Below are positions 40,934 to 54,274 of a DNA stretch of 64,000 bases, in pieces. The notes under the pieces are model-generated. The model saw only the letters and a list, made by a program, of their open reading frames with translations, did not search any database and was not told the origin of the DNA. The translations under genes and the position numbers were made by a program. Position 1 is the stretch's first letter, and each line of letters begins with the position of its first letter. The stretch comes from Mytilus edulis (Eukaryota): assembly GCF_963676685.1 (NCBI RefSeq), contig NC_092356.1, forward strand, positions 64,666,001 to 64,730,000. Direction: 5' to 3'.

Positions 40934-43424
40934 TAAAATGGAGAATGGAAATGGGGAATGTGTCAAAGAGACGACAACTCGACCATAGAACAGGCAACAG
41001 CAGAGGGTCACCAACAGGTCTTCAATGCAGCGAGAAATTCCCACACCCGGAGGCGTCCTTCAGCTGGCCCCTAAACAAAAATATCTACTAGTTCAGTGAT
41101 AATGAACGCCATACTAAACTCCAAATTGTACACAAGAAACCAAAATTAAAAATAATAAAAGTAACAAAGGTACATGTAAGAGGCTCCTGACTTGGGACAG
41201 GCGCAAAAATGCGGCGGGATTAAACATGTTTATGAGATATCAACCCTAACGCTATACATCTAGACAATGTAGAAAAGTAAACGCATAACAATACGCACAT
41301 TAAAATTAAGTTCAAGAGCAGTCCGTGTCTGATGTCAGAAGATGTAACCAAAGAAAATAAACAAAAACGACAATAATACATAAATAACAACAGACAATTA
41401 GCAGTTAACTGACATGCCAGCTCCAGACTTTATTTAAACTGATTGAAATATTATGTCTTCATCATATGAATATCAGGCACAATCCTTCATGTTAGGGGTT
41501 TAGTATCAGACCATCATAACATATATGAGAAGAACATAACCCGTGTCATGCCAACAACTGGTTTTTAAATAAATATGTTTAGTTCCGATGCAAAGACCCT
41601 ATAAGTGAATCAATATTAACGGCAAAATATGCAATCTTTAGTTACCTGACAACAGTATTGTAACTATATCCCATCTTAATAAGTCTATTTAAAGGTTTTG
41701 CTAGCTTCTTGGGTGAATACTTACATTTTTGTACTTTATAAACAATATTTCCATAAAAGATTGGATGTGAAATACCTGAACAAATACGAAGTCTGCATGT
41801 AGAGCTATATTATCGAATGATGTCCTTTTGTGTTTCAAATGTCTGGTTATGTAAATGTATTTCAGTTGTTTCCTGTAATTAGTTAATACTTCAGCTTTAT
41901 CATGTACATCTTTTGAATATTCATTTTATTAAATTTACTGTTTGCAAAAGTATAAATTACTCTAAATTATAGGGATTTTCTGGTAACTTAACGGAAAACC
42001 CTTGCCGTTTTTGGCACAACCTTTTTGATCTTTTGGTCCTCGATGCTGTTCAACTTTGTACTCGTTTCGGCTTTCAAACTTTTGTATCTGTGCGTCACAC
42101 ATAGGTCTTGTGTGGACAAAATACACTTCTGGCGTATTAAAATTTTGAACTTGTTGCCTTTTGTTGGCTGTTGTTCGTGTGATTCTTTGTCAATTGTGTT
42201 CTCCAATTTATTTATATTGTAGTCCTGTGTTGTCATTTTGATGTTATATTTCACATGGCCATAAAAGTGCGAGGTTTGGCATGCCACAAAACCAGGTTCA
42301 ACCCACCATTTTTTCCTTTAAAAATGCCCTGTACCAAGTCAGGAATATGGTCATTGTTATATTATAGTTCGTTTCTGTGTGTATTACATTATAACGTTGT
42401 GTCGTTTGTTTTCTCTTATTTTTGAGTGTAAATTCACATTGCGATAAGACGTGTCACGGTACTTGTCTATCCCAAATTCATGTATTTGGTTTTGATGTTA
42501 TATATATATGTTATATTTGTTATTCTCGTGGGATTTTGTCTATATGTGTTACATTTTAGTGTTATGTCGTTGTTCTCCTCTTATATTTAATGCGTTTCCC
42601 TCGGTTTTAGTTTGTTATCCCGATTTTGTTTTTTGTCCATGGATTTATGAGTTTTGAACAGCGGTATACTACTGTTGCCTTTACTTATACCGATGATAAA
42701 ATTTAGAAAATGTTTTGACAAGTTTATGATATCGAAAACCCTGGTGTAATAATTTTTCAGAAATATATAAATTTCTCTCGTTGAAATCTAAAACGTTGTT
42801 ACATACACGAGCGAATCGTGCAGGTTGAGATACATAAACACCGTAAGATAATGACAAGGGAACGTTACCATCTAAAAATGAATAATTAACGATTGGAAAT
42901 GAAAAATCATCTATTTTATCATAAATTTTAGCATTAAGCTTTTCGTTAATGATATAGATATCAAGATCGAGGAAAGGGCAGTGGTCATCATTGGTATTAG
43001 CTTTATTAAAAGTAAGTTCAACAGGATAAATGTCTTTAGTATACATACTGAAGTTGTCATCATTGAGAGCCAAAATATCATCCAAATATCTAAAAGTATT
43101 ATTAAATTTTTGAATCAGATGTTGTTTCGATGGGTCTTTGTTGATTTTTGTCATACATTGTAACTCATAGCAATATAATAACAGGTCCGCAATAAGTGGT
43201 TCACAGTAAGTCCCCATTCGAATTCCGATAACCTGACGATATACGGAATCTCCAAAGCGAACAAAAATGTTATCTAGTAAAGATTCAAGGGCAGATTCAA
43301 TGTCAAAGCATGTCCAATTGACATAGTTCTTTTGTTTATTGCTACTAAAAAATGACCTAAAAGAGTCTGAACATATATATTCACATTCTGACTTTTTAAA
43401 TGCCCATTTGATTAGGTGTGTGAA
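40934..43424 (-). mobile_element. 5-prime-truncated Penelope-like element (RT at ORF C-terminus, Naiad/Chlamys-like), 8-bp TSD TTATCTCA
   Basis: RT remnant 43424-42683 (LLDNIFVRFG..YRQVIGIRMG, FRYLDD, FLDLDI, YGVYVSQ, KFYHRYK) resumes at 41827-41579 (DIIR...LIGSLHRN stop) after a nested insertion. TSD at 40926-40933 and 43425-43432. Empty site at about 44104-44115. Confidence 0.8.
41828..42682 (+). mobile_element. Nested non-autonomous repeat splitting the RT (same family as 15890-16505)
   Basis: Interrupts ...HRYK|DIIR.... A decayed hammerhead-like segment lies at about 42090-42137. Confidence 0.75.
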
Positions 43425-45956
43425 TTATCTCAAGGGTATTTGTCAAAAACAACATAAAGCAATGACGTTTTCCGTCGACCGAGGTTTTCCGAACTCGAAA
43501 CGTATGGTCCTTTATCTTATCGATACTTTAGTTTTTGCATTGTACACTAATGTTTTTCCAATAATGTTCATGACGTCTGTAGATTAAATTAGAAAAAGTT
43601 GCAATTAGAATCACTGCGATTAAAAGTTTCATGACTGAACAATACCTTTGATATAATGCAATAGGAACTAATGAGATTTTAAAGATGTCATTTATTGATA
43701 AAAAAACCAAAAAGATACAATTACATGCTGTAACTGAGCATATTATCATTTCAAGCGTGCAGCATAGTAAAACACGATTGATATAAGTTATTGCACAATG
43801 TAGCTCAACTAAAATATGCTTCTTTCTTTGAGTAAAATCTTTCTCTATAATAGCATTTAGTAAAGGTGTTTCTAAATTTTTGTGCTTAGAACTGATCTGA
43901 TTGGTTCAGCCTATTCAAATGTTAAGAAAAGTTTCTTCTCCGGTTTTGTTCCACCATAGTTTTAAGAAAGGAAAATGATTTAACCCCATTTCAATGTTAA
44001 CCCCCGCAAAGTTTTTACAATGCTTACAATGTGGTACTGCTTTTTTTGTACGATCTATTGCAAGTAGTTTTCCATAGTTTAATATTTTGGTATATGCCTA
44101 GTTTATCTCATAGGCTACTTGTCAAAACCAACACAAAGCAATGAAGTATTTTATTCGACCGACGATTTCCCAACTCAAAACGTACAAAAGCTTGTTAGAA
44201 TTAAAGACATTTTTTTATAATTGAAGTAAACATGTATGTTTGAAAATAGTGGCAGAATGATGTTATCATTCGTCACCTAATATAATATTGATGTCAGGTC
44301 TAAGTTACTCGTCAGAAACCAGAAAAGGTCCTTGAATATTAAAAATTAATATCATTTAGTAAATAATGGTTATTGCAATTGTTACTGATGATGAAAAGAC
44401 AATTTCGAAGAATTATTGTGCTAACTGTGAGTATTTATAGCATAAAGTGCGCATAGATATTATCACGCATAATCGTTGACCGTCTGTTTATTTATTTTCT
44501 TGATGAAAATGTTGCTTTGACAAACAACATACAATTTCTTTGTTTAGAACGATAATTGCTGTAAAAAGATATTTATGTCCATTTTTAAAGTAATTAAAGT
44601 CAGTCATTGAATCTCCCAAAAGTATTCTAAACATAATGCTAAACGATATATATGAATAAACTTTAGGACTATAAATCAGCTCAATGCTTACCATAAGTAT
44701 CGTAATAAAACAAAATATAATCCACTCAAAGGAATACGAAACATGAGAAGATAATTATAATTAGAATGATTAATAAATGCCTAAGACAAATGACTCATAA
44801 TGACATTTATTTGAATGGCGTCGTTAATGTCTCCCATCTGTGAAACGGTTATTCCATAATTATGAACAAACTCGTGATGGCGTCCGTAAAATTTATGAAG
44901 GGGTGATTTCAATTTCACCATTTGGAACTCTTGGTTTGAAAGCTTCCTTGTCAGCAGCAACCCTCTTTCAAGGAAATCAACAATGGTAATACAAGCGTGG
45001 GGATATCGTATCAATTGGGAGATACGTACTCCGAATGAAGGCACTGCTGGAATGTTGTTTAAGTTTATCTTAAATTGATTTCACTTGTTTAACCACCTTA
45101 TTCTTAAAATAATTGTATTACTTTACTGATGCAGGTTCATGCAAAATATAAGAATGGTTTGTTATTTTCACAATCATTACATATATTTGATAGGGACAAA
45201 ATAAGGAAAAACATATTAACTAATGGCTCAAAATCCTTTTTTGGTTTTTTCCTGGGAAAAGATGAGTTGATTGTTTTAGTTGTCCTAATTCAAAACTCTA
45301 GTCTCCTTTCCATTAGAATACTGTTGGTTATAGTTTCATATTCTAAGTGTCCACAGCATTATAGTATGTTTTTTCTACTTCTGAATGTGATATATGTAAG
45401 TATTTCCTGATTGTATCATGAATCTCTTTTTCCCTCTAGTAAGTCCTCTCAATTGATATTCCAATTTATGATATCTATGTCCGACAACCTTTTATCTTAA
45501 TTCAAAAAGAATAAATTGTCTGACCCTCAATAACAATTTTATCTGACCTGACCTGTTTGAATTCCCAAATATCTTTGAAAGTGGAATACACCTTTTCTCG
45601 TGTCAAGGAGTAAACATTTTTTAATTTGTCAACTAACAGTCTTGTTACAAAGATATGTGAAAATATGATGTTCTTAGGATGACTGTACGTTAAATTGCAG
45701 CAACATTAAGACTTTTGTTTTTATGTTTCACATAACTATTCCCCATGCTCAAGTATAAAACTAACTAATTTGATATTACTTTTTGATATAATTGAAATCG
45801 CTAATTGACAATTTGAAGCAATACTGAAGTGTGTTTATGATTCGTTATTGTTTGTTTTAAACCTTGAACATGCTTATGTTTTCATGCACAGTGTATGCTG
45901 TTTACTTAAAACATATTCTTTTGAGAGTAGCAACTGATAGTTAAATATTATAAGTT

Positions 45957-47120
45957 ATATGGTTCGCTACTGACCCCCTAGGGATCCATAGAGGATTAGT
46001 AAAATCCATATTGATTTTATTCACCCTCTATGTTCCGTATAGGGTCAGTAGTTAACCGAAAACGATTTTATCACACGCTGGACTTTTTCTGCTGCGTTGT
46101 ATTGAAAAAAAGCCAATGAAACACAACAACATTAATAGATGACGTCACCATTAAACAGTAGAAGTGACGTCATGAACCCGGCCCCTATAAAATATACTAA
46201 CCTCCTACAGTCCCTTAGGGGTCACCAAGTGAAGGCTTTGAACCAAACAAAACGCGATAATTACCCCGAGGAGCGATAAATATAGAATAATACATGGCAA
46301 AATCCGTATCGCATACTGTATCACCACGAGAAACCAATATCAGTCCAGAGGGCTGATATTGGTCGAGTGGTGATACAGCATGCGATACGGATTTGCCATC
46401 TAATATTCTGTTTATCATATATTTAAATAGAATCTTGGGATATCCTTTTTTTAATCGTCTGAAATAATAAGCTTGAAAAGAACATTATGATTTTCCTGTA
46501 TTTTTTCAGCTGACTTGTTTTTTTATATAAACTTCCTTTTGTGTTTATTACCCACATCGTAAAATCTGTATACGTTAGACCATGTATAAAAATGCATCCA
46601 CTAACGATACTATTATTTCAACTTAAATTAATATTTATCAAATAAGTATCATAAGATGTAGAAATGTTTAAAGTTTTATTGTTTATTTGGCGATGATATT
46701 ATTCATGATCATTTTTGTTTTCTGACGAAGTGAACAGCAAGTAAAATATTTCTTGAAAAGTTTGCTATCTATTGTAACCAAATTAAAATCGTAAAAATTT
46801 TGAATTTGTGTTTAATCTATCAGGTAATGAAAACAAACTTCACGAAAATTATAACCAGATAAATCGTTATAAAACTTCAGATAATTATACATCTTATTTT
46901 TGGGGGGGATTCATTTGTTCCTATGCCATGAAATACTGACGTCATAGATCAAACTTTGACGTCATTCTAATCATTACATGTACGTCACACCAGGTATGCC
47001 ATACGAGTTTTGCTATGCGATACGTGTTATGCGATACAGATTTAGCCATGCGAAACGGGTTTAGCCATGCGATACGGGGTATGCCGTTTGTGGTACAGTG
47101 TAGGTGATACAGACTGGAAA
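45957..47120 (+). mobile_element. Two adjacent hairpin-plus-TGACGTCA short elements (about 45957-46270 and 46283-47120)
   Basis: Palindromes CTACTGACCC...GGGTCAGTAG and TGGCAAAATCCGTATCGCAT...ATGCGATACGGATTTGCCA, each followed by TGACGTCA motifs. Confidence 0.55.
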
Positions 47121-47137
47121 AAAACCTTTATTACATA

Positions 47138-50100
47138 TAGCACGGTGACCAGACCCAATATTTTTAAAATTTAATCGTCAAACATACTATATGGCTATAT
47201 CATATATCATTGGATTCGGAAAAATTAGTACTTTTGGAATATCGATGTCGTCAAAAAGAAATGTGTAACAGTTTTGCATAAATTAAGGTCAAAGATCAGC
47301 ACACTGTTTTCTTTTTTTCTTTCTGTATCTTCACAATTGAAAGATATCAGCAGCATTTTGTGTTAAATTTCAAATCAATAGAACATTATCCCTGAACTAG
47401 TATATATTTGTTTAGGGGCCAGCTGAAGGACGCCTCCGGGTGTGGGAATTTCTCGCTACATTGAAGACTTGTTGGTGACCTTCTGCTGTTGTTTTTTTTT
47501 CTATGGTCGGGTTGTTGTCTCTTTAGCACATTCCCCATTTCCATTCTCAATTTTATCTCGAAAATGTAAACAAAAAAAGGGAACATATTACTTAGTAATC
47601 GGTTAATTCTGAAAATTGGCGTTTTTCAACACTTGTTCTATTATACAAGATCAATACAAATTCCGTTAAAGTTACAGTAGTTACCTTGCCGGGTAACATT
47701 CAACCTCAGCAATAAAAGATAAATGTTGTTTTCAAGTAAAGCCTTCTATCCTGAATGTTGATTTTGAAAAGGCTCATGCATGTAATTCATTGCAACCAAA
47801 ACTACTAAATAGCTCGAAGAACATTAAAAAATCCAATCAAAATGATCAGAAAACAGATTTCATCCAGGAGTATCTTCTGATTCATATGTCAAGGAATTTC
47901 TACATAATTATTACCCTTGAAAGGAGCAAAGAACCGTACTTGTAAGGTTTTGTTGTGAACAAACACTTTTCACATGAAGATTTTCCCTAACATGAACACA
48001 AAAGAGCCTGCAAGAATTCTGCTGACATATGCCCTTTAAAATAAACCGGGTGTAATGAAATAATTAATTTTTCGCCAACCGTATTATAAAGCTGACGAAA
48101 CAGGGGGTTTAGCAATGTTTTATGCGGTAAAAATTTCCGCTTCACAGAGAGGTAACCTGACTAAACATACTTTTTACTGGTGGCAAGCTTGACGCGAATT
48201 TTATTAATATCGTGATGGAATGATTTAAAGAGATCATTCCTCAGATCATACATCTTCGAAACAAAATTCTTACACAAACAAGGGCTTCATCTTCGTCAGT
48301 ACTCCCAAAACTCTGTAACTACAATAGTCGTGTGTGTCCTTTCAAGTCTTTTGTAAAAACAATTCAAACGAGAAAACTAACGGCCTCATTTATATAAAAA
48401 AAATGAACGAAAAACAAATATGTAACACATAAACAAACTACAACCATTGAATAACAGGCGCCTGACTTAGGACAGGCACATACATAAATAATGTGACGGG
48501 TTTAAACATATTAGCGGGATCCCAACCCTTCCCCCTAACCTGGGACAGTGGTATAACAGTACAATATAAGAACGAACTATAAAAATCAGTTGAAAAAGGC
48601 TTAACTCATCAGATGGACAAATATACAATTTGACGTAGCCGAGTACTTGTACATCCAAACAACAAAAAGACACTAGGAACAGATCTGAGAGTACTCGCAG
48701 TTATCTGACAGCTATCTCAAAGCCACTAACAACTAATAAATCATTCATGTAAGACTAAACTAGCAATCCGTACATATCCAACTGCGCCTACAACTCGCAT
48801 GCATGTGTTATTTGTTTGCAGTACTGAAAACACAGAACAATCACACCCGTATCAGAGGTCCTTAGGAGTATTCTGTCGCTCTTTCCCTTTTCTGTTAACT
48901 TCATGTCAAAGTATAAGGCATTAATTAGCATACGAGTATTGGCCCTTGGTGAGTGCTTAAGCAAGTTACAACAGTCATTAACATTATTGTCTTAAATAAC
49001 TTCGACAATTTCGGATTTACAAACGTTCCAGCTGAGTAAAGCTCACTATAAGGTGGAATCATAGGGGATTTGTCATAGTTTTAAAAAAGAAAAACTACCA
49101 AAGAAATTAGGGAGAGGCTGTTGGTTTTCTTTAACAGAAAGAAACTTCTTCCAGTCAGTATCCTTCTCCCTTCAATAATCTGATACACTTTGGTTGAAGG
49201 TGTACTCTTTGTACGGCTTTCCTTTTCAACAGACAACTTTATTGAGCTTTTTATGTCGTAGCGGTAAAAATATGTCTGCTACTGTGTGCGCTAGCGAAAA
49301 GCATTGGGTCATATTTTTATAATAATCACCTGCAAGGTCACCCTTTTTTTGCGTTTTTGTTATCATCAATACATTTCAGCAATGCCATACCACCTCTCAG
49401 ACTGGTGTAAGTTGTGAGTGATGGGCCAAAGGAAGGTAGGGAAAGTGCACACGAGGCATCAGAATTGAATTGGTTCACCAAATCAGGTTCAACAAACGAC
49501 CCATACTCTACAACACATTGCTGGCAGATTCCATCATTTAGTCTTTCAACAGAACTTAATTAAGAAGCAACGTTTACTCTTTACAGTAAAGGAGGTGACT
49601 GATTCAGTACTTATTCTCTGTCATACGATACAGTTTTCAAAATTAAAAGCCATGTGTTGCCTTTTTTAACTACTAGAACCTACTTGTAAAGGACTTCCTA
49701 GTTCAAACATTTTCCAGATAACTACATGTCCAAATTCAGACTTGGTTCCTAATTTTTGAAATGCATAAAAAGAAAAAAAACCCATATCAAATAAACATAC
49801 GAAAATATGAAATCTTTTAAAAAGACATAAAAAAAAACACGATCACCAACACGAAATGGGACCATAAACTATCCAAAAAAATCGAATTGAACAAATGTTA
49901 GCCATGAAAAATCGTTGTGATACAAAATATCATTTATAGATTAAAATAATAGTATCGGTCCGGTTCAATTTTTTTTACAAGTCGAATTTCAAGTGGAAAA
50001 CCAGCTTCAATTTGTAGTGTATATTTTGTTTCAATGCACAAGTTGAAATAATGCTTCTGAGATAAATGATTTTGAAAGTTTTGTTCAATAAAGGTTTGAA

Positions 50101-50533
50101 ATATCATATAAATGTTGTTTATTTTACATTTTGCGTAAAAATAAATGATGAAAATGAATTGAAACGTACTCTATTAAATGCAAAATATTCGTAGTATTCA
50201 ATTTTTACAAAAAATCATCAATAACGGATTAATTTTGCTAAACTTTGTTTGAAATTGTTAAAATAATGTGTTGCAACAATGTATATAATAACAAAAAGCA
50301 TATCCCGAATGTTCTTTTAGAATGTAGGCCAACAATCTTTTGAAAGTATTTTTTTCTTTAAAGTAAGAGAACGAACTTCAAAGCCCATTTTACAAAAATT
50401 GCACCGTACGAGTCAAGTCAAAATGTGAAGTGTAACCTTTGAACTACCAATACTGTGATTTACAGCCGTATAGTCCGAATGACGATTAAACTCCTTAAAT
50501 AAGCGACTTTTCCTTACTTGGTCACCGTACTTA
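47138..50533 (-). mobile_element. Decayed Academ-like (XPG-nuclease type) DNA transposon
   Basis: Minus-strand remnants STHQ/ANTRMLINA...ILLRTSDTGVIVL (HEEADTR...DTDV-like, about 48830-48960), MYD...DINKIR, RLPLC...YGW and LLCSCxGKSSCEKC (about 47960-48300). Candidate termini TAGCACGGTGACCA / TGGTCACCGTACTTA. Many stops, frameshifts and nested repeats. Confidence 0.6.
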
Positions 50534-51470
50534 TATACAAAATTGCTGTATTTTGTACTAAATATATGACAAAGAACGGTATCATGTTTCATCATTCTAA
50601 TTTCATTCATATTTATCTCAATCTTCCCTCAATTGTCCTTTAAAAATGCGTGTGGCTGCTCAAACTAGGAATTGAATTGATACAGATTATTCATTTGTGA
50701 ATGAAATAAAGACATACAATTTTAGAATTACAATATAACCGTATATAATTTTTAGATACATAATTCCAACCTACAAAATAAAACACTGCTACCAGCGGTA
50801 TTTGACTTCACAGTTACTGCACAGATTGTTGTTCAAATACAAACCCCCATTGGGATGAAAGCAGTTTTTAATAGTTGTTTGTCATGATTTTTAATATAGC
50901 ATTGCCTAATTCATACCATTATTCATACCATTTTAACTTTCATTAAAAATCACTTCTTTAATTGTCAATCACAAATGCAGCACCAAGGTATTTTTCTGTT
51001 CTTTTATAGCTATAGAGAACGAAACGTATTTATTTTGCGTTGCATGTGTTTAAGTAAGTGGTTTTGTTTTATTTATATTACGATGCACTACATTTTGACT
51101 TGTAAAGAAAAACTCAAAGATACCAGGTTTATTATTGTTTATTAATAAATCTGAAAATAATAAAAAGTTAGACCATAAGGAAAGACAATATACATGTAAA
51201 CCTGTCTGATAAATTTAAACAAATTGTTTTTTGAAACATAACTTACAAAAAAGTGGGTACATTTTATATAAATTGTTATTTACTCAATAACTTTTTCGTT
51301 TGGAACATTCACTCAAATAGCTCTACTTTACTGTACGTAATGTATATTGATTGATTTATTGATTGGTGTAAAACGCCACTGTCAGTACTAATGTGCTATT
51401 TTATGCGGTCAGCTTTTTTCGAGGAAACCGCAAAGCCCAGACAAAACAAACAACCGTCGGTAGGACAGGA

Positions 51471-51570
51471 AAATGTATAAATTCGCATTCATGTCTGATC
51501 GTAATGTGAGGAAATTAACGTTTAAATATAGATTAAAAAAAAGGAATGGCATAAATTCCTGGATAAAATT
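51471..51570 (+). repeat. 100-bp target-site duplication, left copy
   Basis: Identical to 58191-58290. Single copy at the paralogous empty site, about 20600-20700. Confidence 0.95.
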
Positions 51571-51616
51571 TTTCAATAAATCGTTGTCAAAGCCTATCCC
51601 AGCACCCCAACTCCAT

Positions 51617-51769
51617 AGATCATAAGGTGTTTCGAACATCTATTTAGACCAATTAGAATTAACTAATTGATCATGGCCATGTCCATCGTCAGGAGCCCAA
51701 GCCATTGCATAGTGACACTTATTATAAAAATACTGTACCTTTTATTAGGGGCTCGACACCTCATGATCT
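51617..51769 (-). ncRNA. Type III hammerhead ribozyme (copy in left arm)
   Basis: Reverse complement of the same fold as 54507-54659. GUC cleavage predicted between 51755 and 51754. Confidence 0.88.
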
Positions 51770-51865
51770 GTCTGACTTATATTTTTCTATACTCTTTATC
51801 TACTTAACCTTGTTTATCAATTTAATGAACAAAGTATAGAATCTATTTTCATAGTCTGCAACATA

Positions 51866-53824
51866 TTAATTATTCAGAGTTGCTGATGTTACTATGTCTT
51901 TCAAGTTTTTATGCCTACGGAAAGCAAACAGAGGTCTTTTATCAAATAACAGTTTTGCCTCTTCGTCATCCTTTAATTTATCCCAGTGTTTTAAGATATT
52001 GTTCTTTATGTATGATTTCTGTCTTGAAAACACTGTGGAGAATACCAAGGGAGGCGACTGTAATACAGATTTGGGCTTTACCATTAATGTGTCTATTCTT
52101 TGTTTTGCAGTCACTTCCTGCATAACAGTTTTAATTTCATTTTTTGGATATCCCCTTTTAATGAGGCGCTCAGAAAATAACGCATATTGTGTTTGCAAAT
52201 CTACTGGATCGTTCGTACATCTCTTAAAGCGAAGCATTTCTCCTTTAATTATGCCTCTGAAAGTAGAGGATGGGTGGCATGAGGATCTCTCTAAATACTG
52301 ATAATTTTCAGTCTTTTTTCGGAATGTCGTGAGGTCTAAGATTCCTGTTTCTCTAAATCTTAGACCTTTGAATACCAGCACATCTAAAAACTGCATTTTA
52401 GTTTGTGATTTCTCGTGTGTAAACTTTAGAAGTGCATGTTGTCTATTAGCATGTTCAAAGAATTGTGATATTTCATCATCTGTACCTTCATTGTAAATAA
52501 AAAAGCCATCGTCCCTAAACCTGTAGAGACTTGATATTTTTTGTTTATGTTGAAAAGTCCTTAAAATACTATTTAAGACTTCATAAACTCTCAGATCCGT
52601 AATTTCTGGTGATAAACTATTTCCCATTGGAACTCCAGTTGAAGTTTTATAAAATTTACCATTGAACATAAATTCATTATTTTCAAGAACTATCTTCAGA
52701 AGTTCCACTATATATCGCAACGGAGGCAAAAGTATCGTATGTTTACATTTAATTATCGTAGGCCAAGCATGCTTGACTGCGTCAATCATTTCTACATGGG
52801 ACATATTGTTGTACATTTCTTTTATGTCAAAACTGACTAAGTAGGCGTCAGGTTTTACCTGCAATTTCTCAATAATATTTATAAATTCTAATGAGTCCCT
52901 TAAATGTGTTTCTTGTTTTAATACTGCTGGAAGCATGAATTTATCCAAATACTGCCCTATTCTCTCTAAAACAGTACCCGATAATGAAACAATAGGCCTT
53001 CCTTGAATTCTGACATTTTTATAAAGCGTAGGATTCTGTTGAACGCTTTCTATTAGTTCAGGATCAAGTTTGTGCAATTTAGGCAGAAGATACAACCTTC
53101 CTGGTTTGAGATCTCTCTTAGCAGAAAGATATTTAAAGGAGATTTCATCCATGACCCCTTTTCTATGCATTTCAAAGATAATAGTATTGATTTTTTGGTT
53201 AGTCTCTATTATGTTTAATTTTGCAATTTCCATGAAGTGAGTAGCACTACTTAATTGCCTCAGACCTTCATTTATATATTCTGTTTTATCCCAGATCACT
53301 GTGGTGTTATTTTTATCTGCTTTTCGAATAACTATTTTTTCGTTTCGTTTGAGGGAAGAAATTGCCTTTCTTTCCAGCGTAGTGAGATTATCGTGTGCTT
53401 TATTAATTGTTATATTATCTATCTCAACCTTAGTTTTGAATATATATGTCTCAATGGCATTATTTGCAAGTTCCGGTTTATATCCGGATTTTGTTAAAAA
53501 GGGATGACGTTTGAAAATATCACCCTTGTCAAAATGATATTTACATCTTAGTTTTCTTGCAAATTCATTGAAATCTGATGCAATACTAGATTTTGCAAAT
53601 TTCGTCGAGGGAGACGGTATATATTTTAATCCTTTACTGAGTAACAAAATCTCATCCTCTTTTATTTTTTCAGTGGTGAATATTTTAACATATTCACGTG
53701 CTTTTTCAATTGATTTTTTCCTCTTGAGAGAGCGAATCTTGATCTTTCTATTTTTCTGATAGAAGGCCTTTTTCATGATAGCCTTTTTTGTTTTTTTCGC
53801 TCTCTTAAAGTGTCTGTTAGCCAT
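51866..53824 (-). CDS. Penelope-like (Neptune-type) reverse transcriptase, no GIY-YIG; 652 aa from AGCATGG (open frame extends to 53917)
   Basis: Motifs LLSKGLKYIP, IRKADKN, LYLLPKLHK, GRPIVS, LVSFDIKEMY, GVPMG, YRFRDDGF, FLDV, SCHP, RGYP and AFRRHKNLKD followed by a stop. Confidence 0.92.
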   Translation of the reverse strand: MANRHFKRAKKTKKAIMKKAFYQKNRKIKIRSLKRKKSIEKAREYVKIFTTEKIKEDEILLLSKGLKYIPSPSTKFAKSSIASDFNEFARKLRCKYHFDKGDIFKRHPFLTKSGYKPELANNAIETYIFKTKVEIDNITINKAHDNLTTLERKAISSLKRNEKIVIRKADKNNTTVIWDKTEYINEGLRQLSSATHFMEIAKLNIIETNQKINTIIFEMHRKGVMDEISFKYLSAKRDLKPGRLYLLPKLHKLDPELIESVQQNPTLYKNVRIQGRPIVSLSGTVLERIGQYLDKFMLPAVLKQETHLRDSLEFINIIEKLQVKPDAYLVSFDIKEMYNNMSHVEMIDAVKHAWPTIIKCKHTILLPPLRYIVELLKIVLENNEFMFNGKFYKTSTGVPMGNSLSPEITDLRVYEVLNSILRTFQHKQKISSLYRFRDDGFFIYNEGTDDEISQFFEHANRQHALLKFTHEKSQTKMQFLDVLVFKGLRFRETGILDLTTFRKKTENYQYLERSSCHPSSTFRGIIKGEMLRFKRCTNDPVDLQTQYALFSERLIKRGYPKNEIKTVMQEVTAKQRIDTLMVKPKSVLQSPPLVFSTVFSRQKSYIKNNILKHWDKLKDDEEAKLLFDKRPLFAFRRHKNLKDIVTSATLNN

Positions 53825-54274
53825 GCTTACAGATCGGAGGAATTCGCCAGAAGGCAGTGTGCAATTCATTTCTTGATGTAATATTGATTCTTTATCAAGC
53901 CTGTATGAACTCACCAACCAATCAGATATCAGTTACTCATTAGGAAACTAAATAAGGGGAAGAGGAGAACATCCCTCTAGACATTGCAACCAATCACCAT
54001 TCATTGCTCTATAAACTGACACGTATACTAGATGTATTTTGACAATTTGACTTTTTAATTTATCAGACACTCAAAAACCATGCATTTTTGTTTTGCAAAT
54101 CTCAGCACTTTATTATCAACTTATTCCACTCACTAAACTCTGACGTATTGGTTTTTACATTTACTTTCCCTGTATTATATAGGTATTATAACTTTAATAT
54201 TTCAATAAATAATAAATCAACCTTTTTAGCTTTCGGTAAAGATATTTTTCACATTTAATATCTATTTTGACAGA

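Noticed and set aside
51409-51639. 76-aa ORF MFETPYDLWSWGAG...
   Set aside because: Chimeric. The first 23 codons are the ORF1 start in the left pLTR, and the rest is read-through into the TSD and flank.
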